DNA of 64,000 nucleotides from an uncultured Fidelibacterota bacterium (GTDB taxonomy: Bacteria > Fidelibacterota > Marinisomatia > Marinisomatales > Marinisomataceae), in contig CACKGC010000003.1 in assembly GCA_902599655.1 (NCBI GenBank), positions 9,066 through 73,065 on the forward strand. Reading direction: 5' to 3'. Positions within the stretch are counted from its first letter, which is position 1. The number at the start of each line of letters is the position of its first letter. Of the stretch, positions 37,682 to 47,039 are shown one piece after another. The position numbers and the translations under genes were made by a program. The notes under the pieces were generated by a model. The model was given only the letters and a program-made list of their open reading frames with translations, had not been told where the DNA came from and made no database searches.

Positions 37682-38716
37682 TTAATTTAACTTTTTAAGA
37701 ATATCTAACATTTTATGATTTGCTTTTGGAAGTGGAAAGTTCAAAATATCTTTCAATTTAATCCACCGATGCTCCCGATATGAATTGAGTGTTTTGATTG
37801 ATTTTGGGAACGATTTAAATAAAGAAATATTAACTCCGAAATGTGAATATTTATGTGTTATGTTTCCTAAAAATACTGGGTTGGATATCGTAAGATTTGT
37901 CTCCTCTTTAACTTCACGAATAATTGCATCTACAGCTGTTTCATTTTTTTCAATTTTTCCTCCTGGAAATTCCCACAAACCAGATAAAAACTTTGTATTC
38001 TGTCGTTTTGTAATTAAAACTTTATTTTGATATTCAATTACTGAAATGGCAACATCATATATAGGTATTTTTTTTGAAGCTTTTGGTGTTGGGTATGTTG
38101 TTGGGGATGAGCGTGCATATGCTTTGCATATATTTTTCAGAGGGCATTCATTACAATGTGCGATACTCGCTTTACATAAAGAACTTCCTAAGTCCATTAA
38201 TGCCTCGTTATAATCTCCAGGATTTTTGGTGCATTGATTTTCTTCTAAAAATCTTATAACTCTCTTTTGATTCCTTTTTGTTTTTGTCTTCAAACCTAAA
38301 ATTCTATACCCAATTCGCTCAAGGTTTGTATCAATACCAACTAAGTTTTTTTTAAATGCAATTGCTAGAATAGTTTTTGCAGTATAATCACCAATGCCTG
38401 GTAATTTAATTAAGTCATCATAATTATTGGGAAAAGATGATTTAATTAATTTTGCAGCATTGAACATATTTTTACATCTAGAATAATATCCAAGCCCTTC
38501 CCACATTTTAATTACATCATCAAATTTGGACTCTTTAAAAGAATTTAATGTGGGATATTTTTTTATCCATTTTTTGTAGTACGGTATGACAGTTTTGACT
38601 TGGGTTTGTTGCAACATTATTTCTGAAACCCAGATACGGTATGGAGATCTCCCGTGTCTCCACGGAAGATTTCTTTTATTAAGATAAAACCAATTTAGTA
38701 GCTCGTTTTGCATCAC
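37682..38716 (-). CDS. mutY: A/G-specific adenine DNA glycosylase
   Basis: SEIMLQQTQV, HhH LPGIGDYTAKTILAIAF, Fe-S loop CKASIAHCNECPLKNIC (C-X6-C-X2-C-X5-C), C-terminal NUDIX-like GLWEFPGGKIE. Confidence 0.9.
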   Translation of the reverse strand: MMQNELLNWFYLNKRNLPWRHGRSPYRIWVSEIMLQQTQVKTVIPYYKKWIKKYPTLNSFKESKFDDVIKMWEGLGYYSRCKNMFNAAKLIKSSFPNNYDDLIKLPGIGDYTAKTILAIAFKKNLVGIDTNLERIGYRILGLKTKTKRNQKRVIRFLEENQCTKNPGDYNEALMDLGSSLCKASIAHCNECPLKNICKAYARSSPTTYPTPKASKKIPIYDVAISVIEYQNKVLITKRQNTKFLSGLWEFPGGKIEKNETAVDAIIREVKEETNLTISNPVFLGNITHKYSHFGVNISLFKSFPKSIKTLNSYREHRWIKLKDILNFPLPKANHKMLDILKKLN

Positions 38717-38734
38717 AAGCTACAATTTAATAAT

Positions 38735-39745
38735 TTAACTACAAGTTGTGTCTATTAAAGCAGCGCATGCTTTATATGGGTCGACATTTGATGCGGGCCT
38801 TCTGTCTTCTAAATATCCCTTACCATCATTTGCTACACCCATAGGAATTCTAATTGATGCACCTCTATCGCTTACGCCATATTTAAACTCATTGATGCTA
38901 CATGTTTCATGATCTCCAGTTAAACGCTCCTCATTAGCATCTCCATAAACTGCTATATGTTTATCAACGTTTTGTCCGAGTTTTTCACATGCTTCTTCAA
39001 TGACTGTCAATCCTCCGTCAGCGCGCATAGATTCTGTACTATAGTTGATATGTGCTCCAGAACCATTCCAATCGCCTTTTATTGGCTTTGGATGCAGTTC
39101 TACTCTTAGGCCATATTCTTCACCAACTCTTTCAAGTAGCCATCTTGCTACCCATAATTGATCACCAACTTCTAAAGCAGGTAAAGGTCCTACCTGATAT
39201 TCCCATTGTCCCAACATTACTTCAGCATTGATTCCTGACACTTCTAGTCCTGCTTCTAGACATAAATCCAGGTGATCTTCTACCATTGATCGAGCAGCAA
39301 CATCTTCAGATCCCACGCTGCAATAATAAGGTCCTTGAGGCCTTTCGGGAAATCCTTCTTCTGGCCATCCCGCTGGTTGCTTACCATCCATAAGTGTATA
39401 CTCTTGTTCTATACCAAACCAAGGTTTATGTTCTTTAAATTTTTCGGCAATCTCTACTAAAGCAGCCCTAGAATTTGATCTATGAGGTGTACCATCAGGA
39501 TTGCAAACCTCATTCATCACTAATATATTTTCTCCGCCACGAATTGGGTCCGGACACATCCACACTGGTTTTAGTAAACAATCACTATCTCCTCCATCTG
39601 CCTGTAATGTGCTTGACCCGTCAAAACCCCAAGTTGGTAGTTCAGAAACTGAAGATACTGCTCCATCCAATACTTTAGTTTTTGATCTTAAATTAGCAGT
39701 CGGCTCATATCCATCAATCCAAATATATTCTGCTTTTACCTTCAT
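38735..39745 (-). CDS. glnII: Glutamine synthetase, type II (eukaryote-like GlnII)
   Basis: MKVKAEYIWIDG, WGFDGSSTLQA, KPWFGIEQEY, GPYYCSVG, GINAEVMLGQWEYQVGP, GDWNGSGAHINYS, YLEDRRPASNVDPY. About 337 aa from ATG 39745. Confidence 0.85.
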   Translation of the reverse strand: MKVKAEYIWIDGYEPTANLRSKTKVLDGAVSSVSELPTWGFDGSSTLQADGGDSDCLLKPVWMCPDPIRGGENILVMNEVCNPDGTPHRSNSRAALVEIAEKFKEHKPWFGIEQEYTLMDGKQPAGWPEEGFPERPQGPYYCSVGSEDVAARSMVEDHLDLCLEAGLEVSGINAEVMLGQWEYQVGPLPALEVGDQLWVARWLLERVGEEYGLRVELHPKPIKGDWNGSGAHINYSTESMRADGGLTVIEEACEKLGQNVDKHIAVYGDANEERLTGDHETCSINEFKYGVSDRGASIRIPMGVANDGKGYLEDRRPASNVDPYKACAALIDTTCS

Positions 39746-39835
39746 TTTTACCCCTTTTTTGAAAAATTGAAATGTTAATAACCACAAAATATATTTATAA
39801 AAATAGAAAAAAAGAATTAATTATTTATCTATTTA

Positions 39836-40300
39836 CTATTTTTTGCCTAATATATTAAGGTCTATTGATGTTTCTTCCTTATATGTAGAAAGAACTAAGT
39901 TAGATTGAGTTCTTGAAACTCCAGGCCAATTTTGTATTTCATATAAAAGATCTTCTAGTGCCTGTGAATTTTCTACCCTTACTTTCAAAATATGTGAACC
40001 CCCTCCGGTAATTGAATGACACTCTAAGACAGCTTTACAGTTATTAGCTTCTTCAACAAATTTTGAATAGTGATCAGAGTGTTCACTGACAATAAAAACA
40101 AACGCTGTTAAATCTAATCCCGCTTTTTTATGATCTAAAATTGCAGCAAATTTCTTTAAAAGACCTTTTTCAGAAAGTTTTTTTATTCGTTCACCAGCAG
40201 CAGGTATTGAGAGCTTTACTTTTTTTGCTATTTCACTTACGGATGCCCTTCCATCCTCTTGCATGATTTTAAGTATCAATATATCAGTTTTATCTATCAT
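39836..40300 (-). CDS. Lrp/AsnC-family transcriptional regulator
   Basis: N-terminal HTH (DILILKIMQEDGRASVSEIAKKVKLSIPAAGERIKKL) plus a C-terminal RAM/AsnC ligand domain; 154 aa. Confidence 0.85.
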   Translation of the reverse strand: MIDKTDILILKIMQEDGRASVSEIAKKVKLSIPAAGERIKKLSEKGLLKKFAAILDHKKAGLDLTAFVFIVSEHSDHYSKFVEEANNCKAVLECHSITGGGSHILKVRVENSQALEDLLYEIQNWPGVSRTQSNLVLSTYKEETSIDLNILGKK

Positions 40301-40346
40301 AATTAAAATTTTTAACTCAAATTACAAATTAATTAATAAATTATTG

Positions 40347-40376
40347 TTAATGCATTAAATATAGTTAATGAATTAA
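40347..40376. promoter_or_regulatory. Two TTAAT-N2-ATTAA inverted repeats in the divergent intergenic region (candidate Lrp/AsnC operator)
   Basis: Perfect 12-bp palindrome TTAATGCATTAA at 40347-40358 and TTAATGAATTAA at 40365-40376, with centres 18 bp apart. The AT-rich background makes chance occurrence possible. Confidence 0.3.
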
Positions 40377-40397
40377 TGTTTTACAAAAAAACTAATT

Positions 40398-40829
40398 ATG
40401 GCAAAAAAAATTGATATTGAAATTTTATTGGAAAGAATTGAAGCTTTAGAATCGAGATTAGATAAGCTTGATCCAGTAAGCAAAAGGAAGCTTCCTAGTA
40501 AAAAAGATCAAATTAGTGATATTAAAAATAACCTTGATAAATGGGCTCAGAAATTTCCGTCAGTTGATATTGAGTTTGAATTATTAAAAATGCTCGATTG
40601 GCTTCAGGCTAATCAAAAACGCAAAAAAGACTATAAGGCTTTTTTTAGAAACTGGCTCAGAAAAGCATCCAACTCTATTGAAAAAGAAGTTCAAGATGTT
40701 TATCGCTATATTTATGGCTGTAGTACCGATCAGAACTGTAAGCATCAAGAGTCTGAATACAAAGATATGGTTATCTTTTGTAACAAGTGTAATTCTCAGA
40801 AAAAGATTATTAAGTCTGTAAGAGCTTAG
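40398..40829 (+). CDS. Hypothetical protein with N-terminal coiled coil and C-terminal Cys-cluster (zinc-ribbon-like)
   Basis: 143-aa ORF. EILLERIEALESRLDKL coiled coil; basic segment LDWLQANQKRKKDYKAFFRNWLRKA; Cys pattern GCSTDQNCKH...FCNKCNS. No family recognised. Confidence 0.5.
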   Translation: MAKKIDIEILLERIEALESRLDKLDPVSKRKLPSKKDQISDIKNNLDKWAQKFPSVDIEFELLKMLDWLQANQKRKKDYKAFFRNWLRKASNSIEKEVQDVYRYIYGCSTDQNCKHQESEYKDMVIFCNKCNSQKKIIKSVRA

Positions 40830-41272
40830 TCTTCTTTTTCAACTGTAAGAGTGAAGCTTGCAGACATTTCTTTTGTAAACATAATATTAACTTTATGCTC
40901 GCCTAAAGTTTTAATTGGTGAAGATAAATCAACATATTTTTTATCTATGGTAATACCACTCTCCTCTAAAAGCTTTACAATATCAAGCTTAGTGACGGAA
41001 CCAAAAAGCTTACTGTCTTCTTCAGATTGCATTTTAAGAGATAAGTTTAGGTCTTCAACCTGTTTCAATACAGATTCAAGTTGATCCTTTTCTCTTTCTA
41101 GTTTTCTTTCTTCAACTCTTTGAGCTTCTTCAATACTCTTTTTCTGTTGCTTAGTAAACAGAATAGCAAGTTTCTGCGGCATTAGGTAGTTTCTAGCATA
41201 TCCAGATTTTACCTCAACAACATCACCTTGCTGTCCTAGATTTTGTACATCTTCTTTTAAAATAACTTTCAT
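40826..41272 (-). CDS. rplI: 50S ribosomal protein L9
   Basis: MKVILKEDVQNLGQQGDVVEVKSGYARNYLMPQKLA. Confidence 0.95.
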   Translation of the reverse strand: MKVILKEDVQNLGQQGDVVEVKSGYARNYLMPQKLAILFTKQQKKSIEEAQRVEERKLEREKDQLESVLKQVEDLNLSLKMQSEEDSKLFGSVTKLDIVKLLEESGITIDKKYVDLSSPIKTLGEHKVNIMFTKEMSASFTLTVEKED

Positions 41273-41273
41273 T

Positions 41274-41498
41274 TTAATCCCTATCTACTGCAGCAAATGG
41301 AAGTAATGCAATATTCCTTGCTCTTTTAATTGCTAATACAAGCTTTCTATGCATTTTACTGCTTGTACCGGTAACTCTTCGTGGAGTTATTTTTCCTTGA
41401 TCATTTATAAATTTTGTTAAGAGCTTAACATCTTTATAATCGATTTCTTGAATGTTATTCCTTTTAAAATAACAGGATTTTTTTCTACTAGATAACAT
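41274..41498 (-). CDS. rpsR: 30S ribosomal protein S18
   Basis: [50 protein letters not shown]. Confidence 0.95.
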   Translation of the reverse strand: MLSSRKKSCYFKRNNIQEIDYKDVKLLTKFINDQGKITPRRVTGTSSKMHRKLVLAIKRARNIALLPFAAVDRD

Positions 41499-41866
41499 TA
41501 ATTGTCCTCCTGTACCTTGCCTTCTTCTTCAGCACTTACTTCTTGTTGTGCTTCTTTAGAAGGCTTTTCATCTAATTTGATGATCATGTATTTCATAACC
41601 TCTTTATTCAGATTTAAAAATACTTTAAACTCGTTTACAAAGTTTGCATCTTTAAATTCTGTATTTAGCAATACAAAGTTTCCATATTTATGTTTTTTAA
41701 CGTTATATGCTAATTGTTTTTTGCCCCAAAAATCGTGATTAACAATTCCATGTTTCTTCTTTTCGACAAAGCTAGAAACTTCGCTCATTACTCCAGCAAT
41801 TTGTTCTTTGCTAAAGTTTGGGTTCAAAATATATAGTACTTCATAATAATTCATTATTTTCTCCAT
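41498..41866 (-). CDS. rpsF: 30S ribosomal protein S6
   Basis: [11 protein letters not shown]...[11 protein letters not shown] pattern with an acidic C-terminal tail. The start ATG shares nt 41866 with the hppA stop. Confidence 0.9.
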   Translation of the reverse strand: MEKIMNYYEVLYILNPNFSKEQIAGVMSEVSSFVEKKKHGIVNHDFWGKKQLAYNVKKHKYGNFVLLNTEFKDANFVNEFKVFLNLNKEVMKYMIIKLDEKPSKEAQQEVSAEEEGKVQEDN

Positions 41867-43905
41867 TATATAAGTGGTGCGATTACAAGCGATACCACCG
41901 ATATTAATTTGATTAAAATATTTAGTGATGGTCCCGCAGTATCCTTAAAAGGGTCCCCAACTGTATCACCAACAACTGCAGCTTTGTGTGCTGTACTACC
42001 TTTTCCACCATGATTACCAGATTCAATGTATTTTTTCGCATTGTCCCAAGATCCACCAGCATTTGACATAAAGATTGCTAGTAAAACACCAGTTACTGTC
42101 ACTCCAGCTAAAATACCACCAAGCATTTCTTTTTGACCTAATACCAAGCCAAATATAATTGGTGTGAATACTGCCAATGCTCCAGGCAGTACCATTTTAT
42201 TGATTGCAGCTGTAGTAGCAATATCAACACATTTAGCATAATCTGCTTTTGCTTTTCCATCAAGCAGGCCTTTTATTTCTCTAAATTGTCTTCGAACCTC
42301 TTCAATCATTTCAAAAGCAGCATCTCCAACCGCCTGCATTGCAAGAGCTGAAAATACAAATGGTAATGATGATCCGATTAATAGACCTGCCATAACTTGA
42401 GGATTATTAATATCTAATGTTAAGCCACCAACTGTTTCTCTAAATGCTGCAAATAGCGCTAAAGATGTTAAAGCAGCAGAACCAATCGCAAAACCTTTAC
42501 CAATAGCTGCGGTAGTATTACCCACAGCATCAAGTTTATCAGTTCTTTCGCGAACTTCTTTTGGAAGTTCTGCCATTTCAGCAATACCGCCTGCATTGTC
42601 TGCAATTGGACCATAAGCATCGACTGCTAATTGAATTCCAATTGTTGATAGCATACCAAGTGCAGCTAAAGCAATACCATATAGATGAGCAAAGTGATAT
42701 GCTCCAAGAATGGAAAGTGCAATTACTAATACTGGCAAGGCAGTTGAAAACATTCCATTAGCTAAGCCGGAAATAATATTCGTTGCTGACCCAGTTTCAC
42801 TTGAAGCTGCGACATTCTGTGATGGTTTTTGATGATCAGAAGTATAATATTCTGTTAATACTCCGATTAAAATTCCTGAAACCAAACCTACTACAGTAGC
42901 AAGAAATAAATCAAGCGCTTGTACATTTTGGTATCCATCAGCTAAAGCGACAGGATTTTCGATTAGTCTACCAATCAAAAAGTAACTAACCACGGTCATT
43001 ACAGCTCCTGAGCCAAATACTCCAATATTTAGTGCTGTTTGAGGATTTCCTCCCTCTTTTGTTTTTACAAAAAATGTACCAAAAATAGAAACTATAATTC
43101 CAGCTGCTGCTAAAAATAATGGTAGAAATACTAGACTTTTTTCTCCAGCTGTTGCTGCTAAAACCATAGCTCCAATCATTGAACCTACATAAGATTCAAA
43201 AAGATCTGCACCCATTCCTGCTACATCTCCGACATTATCACCTACATTGTCAGCAATCGTTGCCGGATTCCTTGGGTCGTCTTCCGGAATACCTGCTTCT
43301 ACTTTTCCAACTAAATCTGCACCAACATCTGCAGCTTTAGTATAAATTCCACCACCTACGCGGGCAAATAAAGCAATTGATGAAGCACCCATTGCAAAAC
43401 CAGAAACTTTAGTCATTACTAATGAAAAGTCTGCATTACCATTTAAGCCTCCATATAAATAGAAAAGTAGGGATAATCCTAAGATTCCTAAACCTACAAC
43501 ATTCATGCCCATAACAGCACCACCACTGAAAGCAACTGAAAGCGCCTTGCTTAAACTGTTTCTTGCAGCTTCAGTTGTTCTGTGATTTGCTAATGTTGCA
43601 ACTCTCATACCTAGAGCACCAGCTAAGCCGCTACAGATTGCACCTACTATAAAAGACAGTGCTACTTCTGTAGTGTTTGACGATGTGTTTACCCAGTATA
43701 ATAGTGCTGCAACTGTTAAAACAAATATTGTTAAAACTTTATACTCTCTTACAAGAAAAGCGGTGGCTCCTTCGCGAATTGCTAAGCCAATTTCTTGCAT
43801 TTTTTCATTTCCTGGATTCTGATCAGATATCCATTTACTTCTCATTAACCCAAATACAACTGCCAATAAACCTGACAGTGGTATTAAATAGAATAGATTT
43901 TCCAC
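41866..43905 (-). CDS. hppA: Membrane-integral ion-translocating pyrophosphatase (K+-dependent-type signature)
   Basis: 679-aa polytopic protein with [62 protein letters not shown]. Confidence 0.95.
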   Translation of the reverse strand: MENLFYLIPLSGLLAVVFGLMRSKWISDQNPGNEKMQEIGLAIREGATAFLVREYKVLTIFVLTVAALLYWVNTSSNTTEVALSFIVGAICSGLAGALGMRVATLANHRTTEAARNSLSKALSVAFSGGAVMGMNVVGLGILGLSLLFYLYGGLNGNADFSLVMTKVSGFAMGASSIALFARVGGGIYTKAADVGADLVGKVEAGIPEDDPRNPATIADNVGDNVGDVAGMGADLFESYVGSMIGAMVLAATAGEKSLVFLPLFLAAAGIIVSIFGTFFVKTKEGGNPQTALNIGVFGSGAVMTVVSYFLIGRLIENPVALADGYQNVQALDLFLATVVGLVSGILIGVLTEYYTSDHQKPSQNVAASSETGSATNIISGLANGMFSTALPVLVIALSILGAYHFAHLYGIALAALGMLSTIGIQLAVDAYGPIADNAGGIAEMAELPKEVRERTDKLDAVGNTTAAIGKGFAIGSAALTSLALFAAFRETVGGLTLDINNPQVMAGLLIGSSLPFVFSALAMQAVGDAAFEMIEEVRRQFREIKGLLDGKAKADYAKCVDIATTAAINKMVLPGALAVFTPIIFGLVLGQKEMLGGILAGVTVTGVLLAIFMSNAGGSWDNAKKYIESGNHGGKGSTAHKAAVVGDTVGDPFKDTAGPSLNILIKLISVVSLVIAPLI

Positions 43906-44474
43906 TATGCTACTCCTATAGTTTGATTATTATAATTATTCATTGTGAATTCTTCACCATTATCTAAAAGTGACTGCATTGCTTCATTTGCAAAAATTAA
44001 GACCTCATCAACCAATGCACTAAAACGCTTGTGAAATGGTTTTAAAACATATTTTTCAGAAGGTCTTTTGTAATCAGAAGCTGCTATTCCAACTTTTAAT
44101 CTTTTAACTTTGTCGCTTGATACATATTGTAAGACGGATTTCATTCCGTTGTGACAACCATCACCTCCATCAGCACGAAATCTTATTTCTCCAAGCGGAA
44201 GATCTACGTCATCAAAAACTATTACCAGATCTTCTTTTTTTGCCTTATAAAAATTCAAGACTTCATTAATAATAGCCCCGCTATTATTCATACCAGTTGT
44301 TGGTTTGATGAGCATAAAACTAGATCCTTTTTTTGCAACAAAATAATTTCCTTTCCCAGGCTTAAATTCTAGACCATATTTTTTTGCAAAACTATCTAAC
44401 ACCCAATAACCAACATTATGTTTGGTATTGTGGTACCTAGTTTCATGATTACCAAGTCCGACAAAAATTGTCAT
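43905..44474 (-). CDS. pth: Peptidyl-tRNA hydrolase
   Basis: [39 protein letters not shown] motifs. Confidence 0.9.
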   Translation of the reverse strand: MTIFVGLGNHETRYHNTKHNVGYWVLDSFAKKYGLEFKPGKGNYFVAKKGSSFMLIKPTTGMNNSGAIINEVLNFYKAKKEDLVIVFDDVDLPLGEIRFRADGGDGCHNGMKSVLQYVSSDKVKRLKVGIAASDYKRPSEKYVLKPFHKRFSALVDEVLIFANEAMQSLLDNGEEFTMNNYNNQTIGVA

Positions 44475-45160
44475 TACCCCTCATCTCCAGCGTCATCTTT
44501 TGCTTCTTCAGAGCTCTCTTCTGTGGCTTCATCTTCTGCAGGCTTTTCATCTGTATCAGGCGATTCATCTGTTTCACTGCTTTCTGTGTCTTCAGCAACT
44601 TCTTCTTGTTCTTGTTTAGGCTCTTGAACTGAAACTACTGCAATATCCTCAGCTGTTAACATTTCAACATCTGTTGGAAGAGTAATATCTTTAACAAAAA
44701 GATTTGTATTCATTTCCATATCTGTTACATCAATTTCAAGGAACTCAGGAATCTCTGCTGGTTTACATTTAATAGTTACTGAGTTTAGCATTTGAACCAA
44801 CAGTCCTCCAAGTTTTACTCCCTGGGCCTCTCCAGAACTTCTAACAGCTACTTCCAGAGAAATCTTCTCATCTTCTTTTACTTTTTGAAAATCTATGTGA
44901 ATGATCTCATCTGTTACCGGGTGATACTGGATTTCCTTTACCAAAACAAATTGATTTTTATCCTCAACATTAACCTCAAAGATCATTTGACCTGTTCTAA
45001 GTGCTTTATTTAAACTTATTTTATCTACAGAAAGAGGTATGGCCTCTATTCCCGAATGATAAACAACTGCGGGCACCTTATTTTGCAATCTAGTTCTTCT
45101 AGCTGCTGATGTGCCGTGTTCTTTTCTAATATCTACATTTAATTTTTCAAATTTACTCAT
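44474..45160 (-). CDS. rplY: 50S ribosomal protein L25/general stress protein Ctc, with acidic C-terminal tail
   Basis: RRTRLQNKVPAVVYH N-terminal L25 domain, a second beta-barrel domain, then about 45 residues rich in Asp/Glu/Ser. Confidence 0.9.
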   Translation of the reverse strand: MSKFEKLNVDIRKEHGTSAARRTRLQNKVPAVVYHSGIEAIPLSVDKISLNKALRTGQMIFEVNVEDKNQFVLVKEIQYHPVTDEIIHIDFQKVKEDEKISLEVAVRSSGEAQGVKLGGLLVQMLNSVTIKCKPAEIPEFLEIDVTDMEMNTNLFVKDITLPTDVEMLTAEDIAVVSVQEPKQEQEEVAEDTESSETDESPDTDEKPAEDEATEESSEEAKDDAGDEG

Positions 45161-46119
45161 GTTACTTTCCTAAATAGTTGACTGACTGATTCACCGTTGT
45201 GAATCCTGTTAATTGTTTCTGCAAATATTTTTGCAGATGAAATAGTTTTAAGTTTTTCACATTTATCAATATGTGACATATCTATTGTGTCTGTAATAAA
45301 TATAGAATCAACAATATCATCTGATAGTTTTTCAACCGCATTGGAAGATAATATACCGTGGGTTGCAGCCACGGTTACTGATAGGGCTCCTTTTTCTTTA
45401 GCTACTTTAGCAGCATTTGAAATAGTGCCGGCAGTATCAATCATATCATCAATAATTAATACATGTTGATTGTTTAACTCTCCAACAACAGATACAACTT
45501 CAGACTGATTATGTGCGTTTCTTCTTTTGTCAACAAGAGCAAAACTCATGCCTAATCTTTTAGCATAAGATTGTCCTAACTTACTTGATCCCATATCTGG
45601 GATTAAGACTGTAAAATTGTCATCGGAAGATAAATCTTTGAAATGTTTTTCTAATTCAGGCATTAAGACAAGGCTACCGTAAATATTATCTACGGGTTTG
45701 GATGAAAAACCTTGAATTTGGGTTGAATGGAGGTCCATGGTCACCACTCTATCTGCTCCTGCTTTAATAAAAATATCCATCATAACTTTAGCAGAAATTG
45801 GGACTCTTGGTTCATCTTTACGATCCTGTCTAGAATATCCAAAATATGGCATTATCACATTAATTCTTTGGGCACTAGCTCTTTTTGCAGCGTCAATAAG
45901 TAACGCTAATTCTATAATATTATCAGCAGGAGCGTTAGTGGACTGGACAAGATAAACATCATTGCCTCTAAGATTTTCTTCAAATTTTACCCAAATTTCT
46001 CCATCGCTAAAACGTTCAATGGTTAATTGACCAAGGGATACACCACACTCTTCTGCAATCTTTTTTGCAAGCTTAGGATTGCTAGATCCTGCGAATATTT
46101 TTTTTACATATTTACCCAT
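45157..46119 (-). CDS. prs: Ribose-phosphate pyrophosphokinase
   Basis: DLHSTQIQGFS, PRPP loop VLIIDDMIDTAGT, YFGYSRQDRK. Confidence 0.95.
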   Translation of the reverse strand: MGKYVKKIFAGSSNPKLAKKIAEECGVSLGQLTIERFSDGEIWVKFEENLRGNDVYLVQSTNAPADNIIELALLIDAAKRASAQRINVIMPYFGYSRQDRKDEPRVPISAKVMMDIFIKAGADRVVTMDLHSTQIQGFSSKPVDNIYGSLVLMPELEKHFKDLSSDDNFTVLIPDMGSSKLGQSYAKRLGMSFALVDKRRNAHNQSEVVSVVGELNNQHVLIIDDMIDTAGTISNAAKVAKEKGALSVTVAATHGILSSNAVEKLSDDIVDSIFITDTIDMSHIDKCEKLKTISSAKIFAETINRIHNGESVSQLFRKVT

Positions 46120-46126
46120 AACTTTG

Positions 46127-46198
46127 TTGGGGAGCAGGGACTCGAACCCCGACTGCCTGGACCAAAACCAGGTGTCCTGCCAATTAGACGACTCCCCA
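46127..46198 (-). tRNA. tRNA-Gln (anticodon UUG)
   Basis: Folded by hand. Acceptor stem TGGGGAG/CTCCCCA; D stem GTCT/GGAC; anticodon stem CCTGG/CCAGG with loop TTTTGGT (anticodon TTG); 4-nt variable loop; T stem CGGGG/CCCTG with loop TTCGAGT; discriminator A. CCA is not encoded. Confidence 0.9.
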
Positions 46199-46202
46199 AA
46201 AA

Positions 46203-47039
46203 TTAAATTGGATTTACACAGTAGGTTGAGTATTGGGGACTGAAGAAAGATTGCGCTTTAAGCAAATCTTTTTTTGAAGAAAATATTCCAAACACAGTCG
46301 AACCCGTACCCGACAAACTGGCATATTTTGCACCGAAATCCAAAATTTTTAATTTTATTGCGCCAATTTCTGGATGTGTTTCAAAAACGTACATCTCAAA
46401 ATCATTTTTAAATAGCTTAGAATTAAAACTATAATTATTTAATTCTCTTAATAATTGGGACAAGTTAATGTCCATATTTTCATTTAACAAATGGTTTTTT
46501 AAATGACCAAAAGCCTCTTTTGTACTGATTTTAATACCTGGATGAACTAATAAAATATGTTTAGGTATCTTTATATTTTGGATAACATCAAGAGCTTCTC
46601 CTCTCTGACTGCCAAATTGCAATCCTCCATTTACAAAAAAAGCAGAGTCAGAGCTAATACCGCTTGCCATTTCAGATAATTTTTGGTTACTTAATTCTAG
46701 CTTGAAAAGATTATTCAATCCAACTAATACTGCAGTTCCATTGCTGGATCCTCCACCTAGACCAGCATTTGTAGGTACTGTTTTTTTAATTGAAATACGC
46801 ACATTGGGTATGTTAGGATATTGTGCTTTAATTATATTAAATGCTTTTGTTCCAAAATTCTCTTTCTCCAAAATAGTACCACAGTCTGTTGTGCATGAAA
46901 ATTTTTTGTCTTCTATCATTTTGATTGTATCACAAAGATCTATCTCTTGAAATAGTGTTGAAATATTATGAAAACCATCCATTCTTTTATTGTGGACGTG
47001 TAGCCCTAAATTAATCTTTGAAGTTGATTTTATTTCCAT
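46203..47039 (-). CDS. ispE: 4-diphosphocytidyl-2-C-methyl-D-erythritol kinase
   Basis: KINLGLHV N-terminus and GHMP motif PTNAGLGGGSSNGTA. ATG 47039 overlaps the ispDF stop by 10 nt. Confidence 0.85.
   Translation of the reverse strand: MEIKSTSKINLGLHVHNKRMDGFHNISTLFQEIDLCDTIKMIEDKKFSCTTDCGTILEKENFGTKAFNIIKAQYPNIPNVRISIKKTVPTNAGLGGGSSNGTAVLVGLNNLFKLELSNQKLSEMASGISSDSAFFVNGGLQFGSQRGEALDVIQNIKIPKHILLVHPGIKISTKEAFGHLKNHLLNENMDINLSQLLRELNNYSFNSKLFKNDFEMYVFETHPEIGAIKLKILDFGAKYASLSGTGSTVFGIFSSKKDLLKAQSFFSPQYSTYCVNPI

Noticed and set aside
40398-40829. Prophage or integrated-element remnant around the orphan gene
   Set aside because: There is no integrase, no flanking repeats and no tRNA at the junction, and the surrounding genes are core. 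The resemblance to phage replication-organiser segments is only a short motif impression.
44418-44627. 69-aa Ser-rich plus-strand ORF
   Set aside because: It is the reverse-complement reading of the Asp/Glu-rich tail codons of L25/Ctc, so it is an artefact of low-complexity sequence. The acidic tail itself is a low-complexity extension and not evidence of a separate feature.
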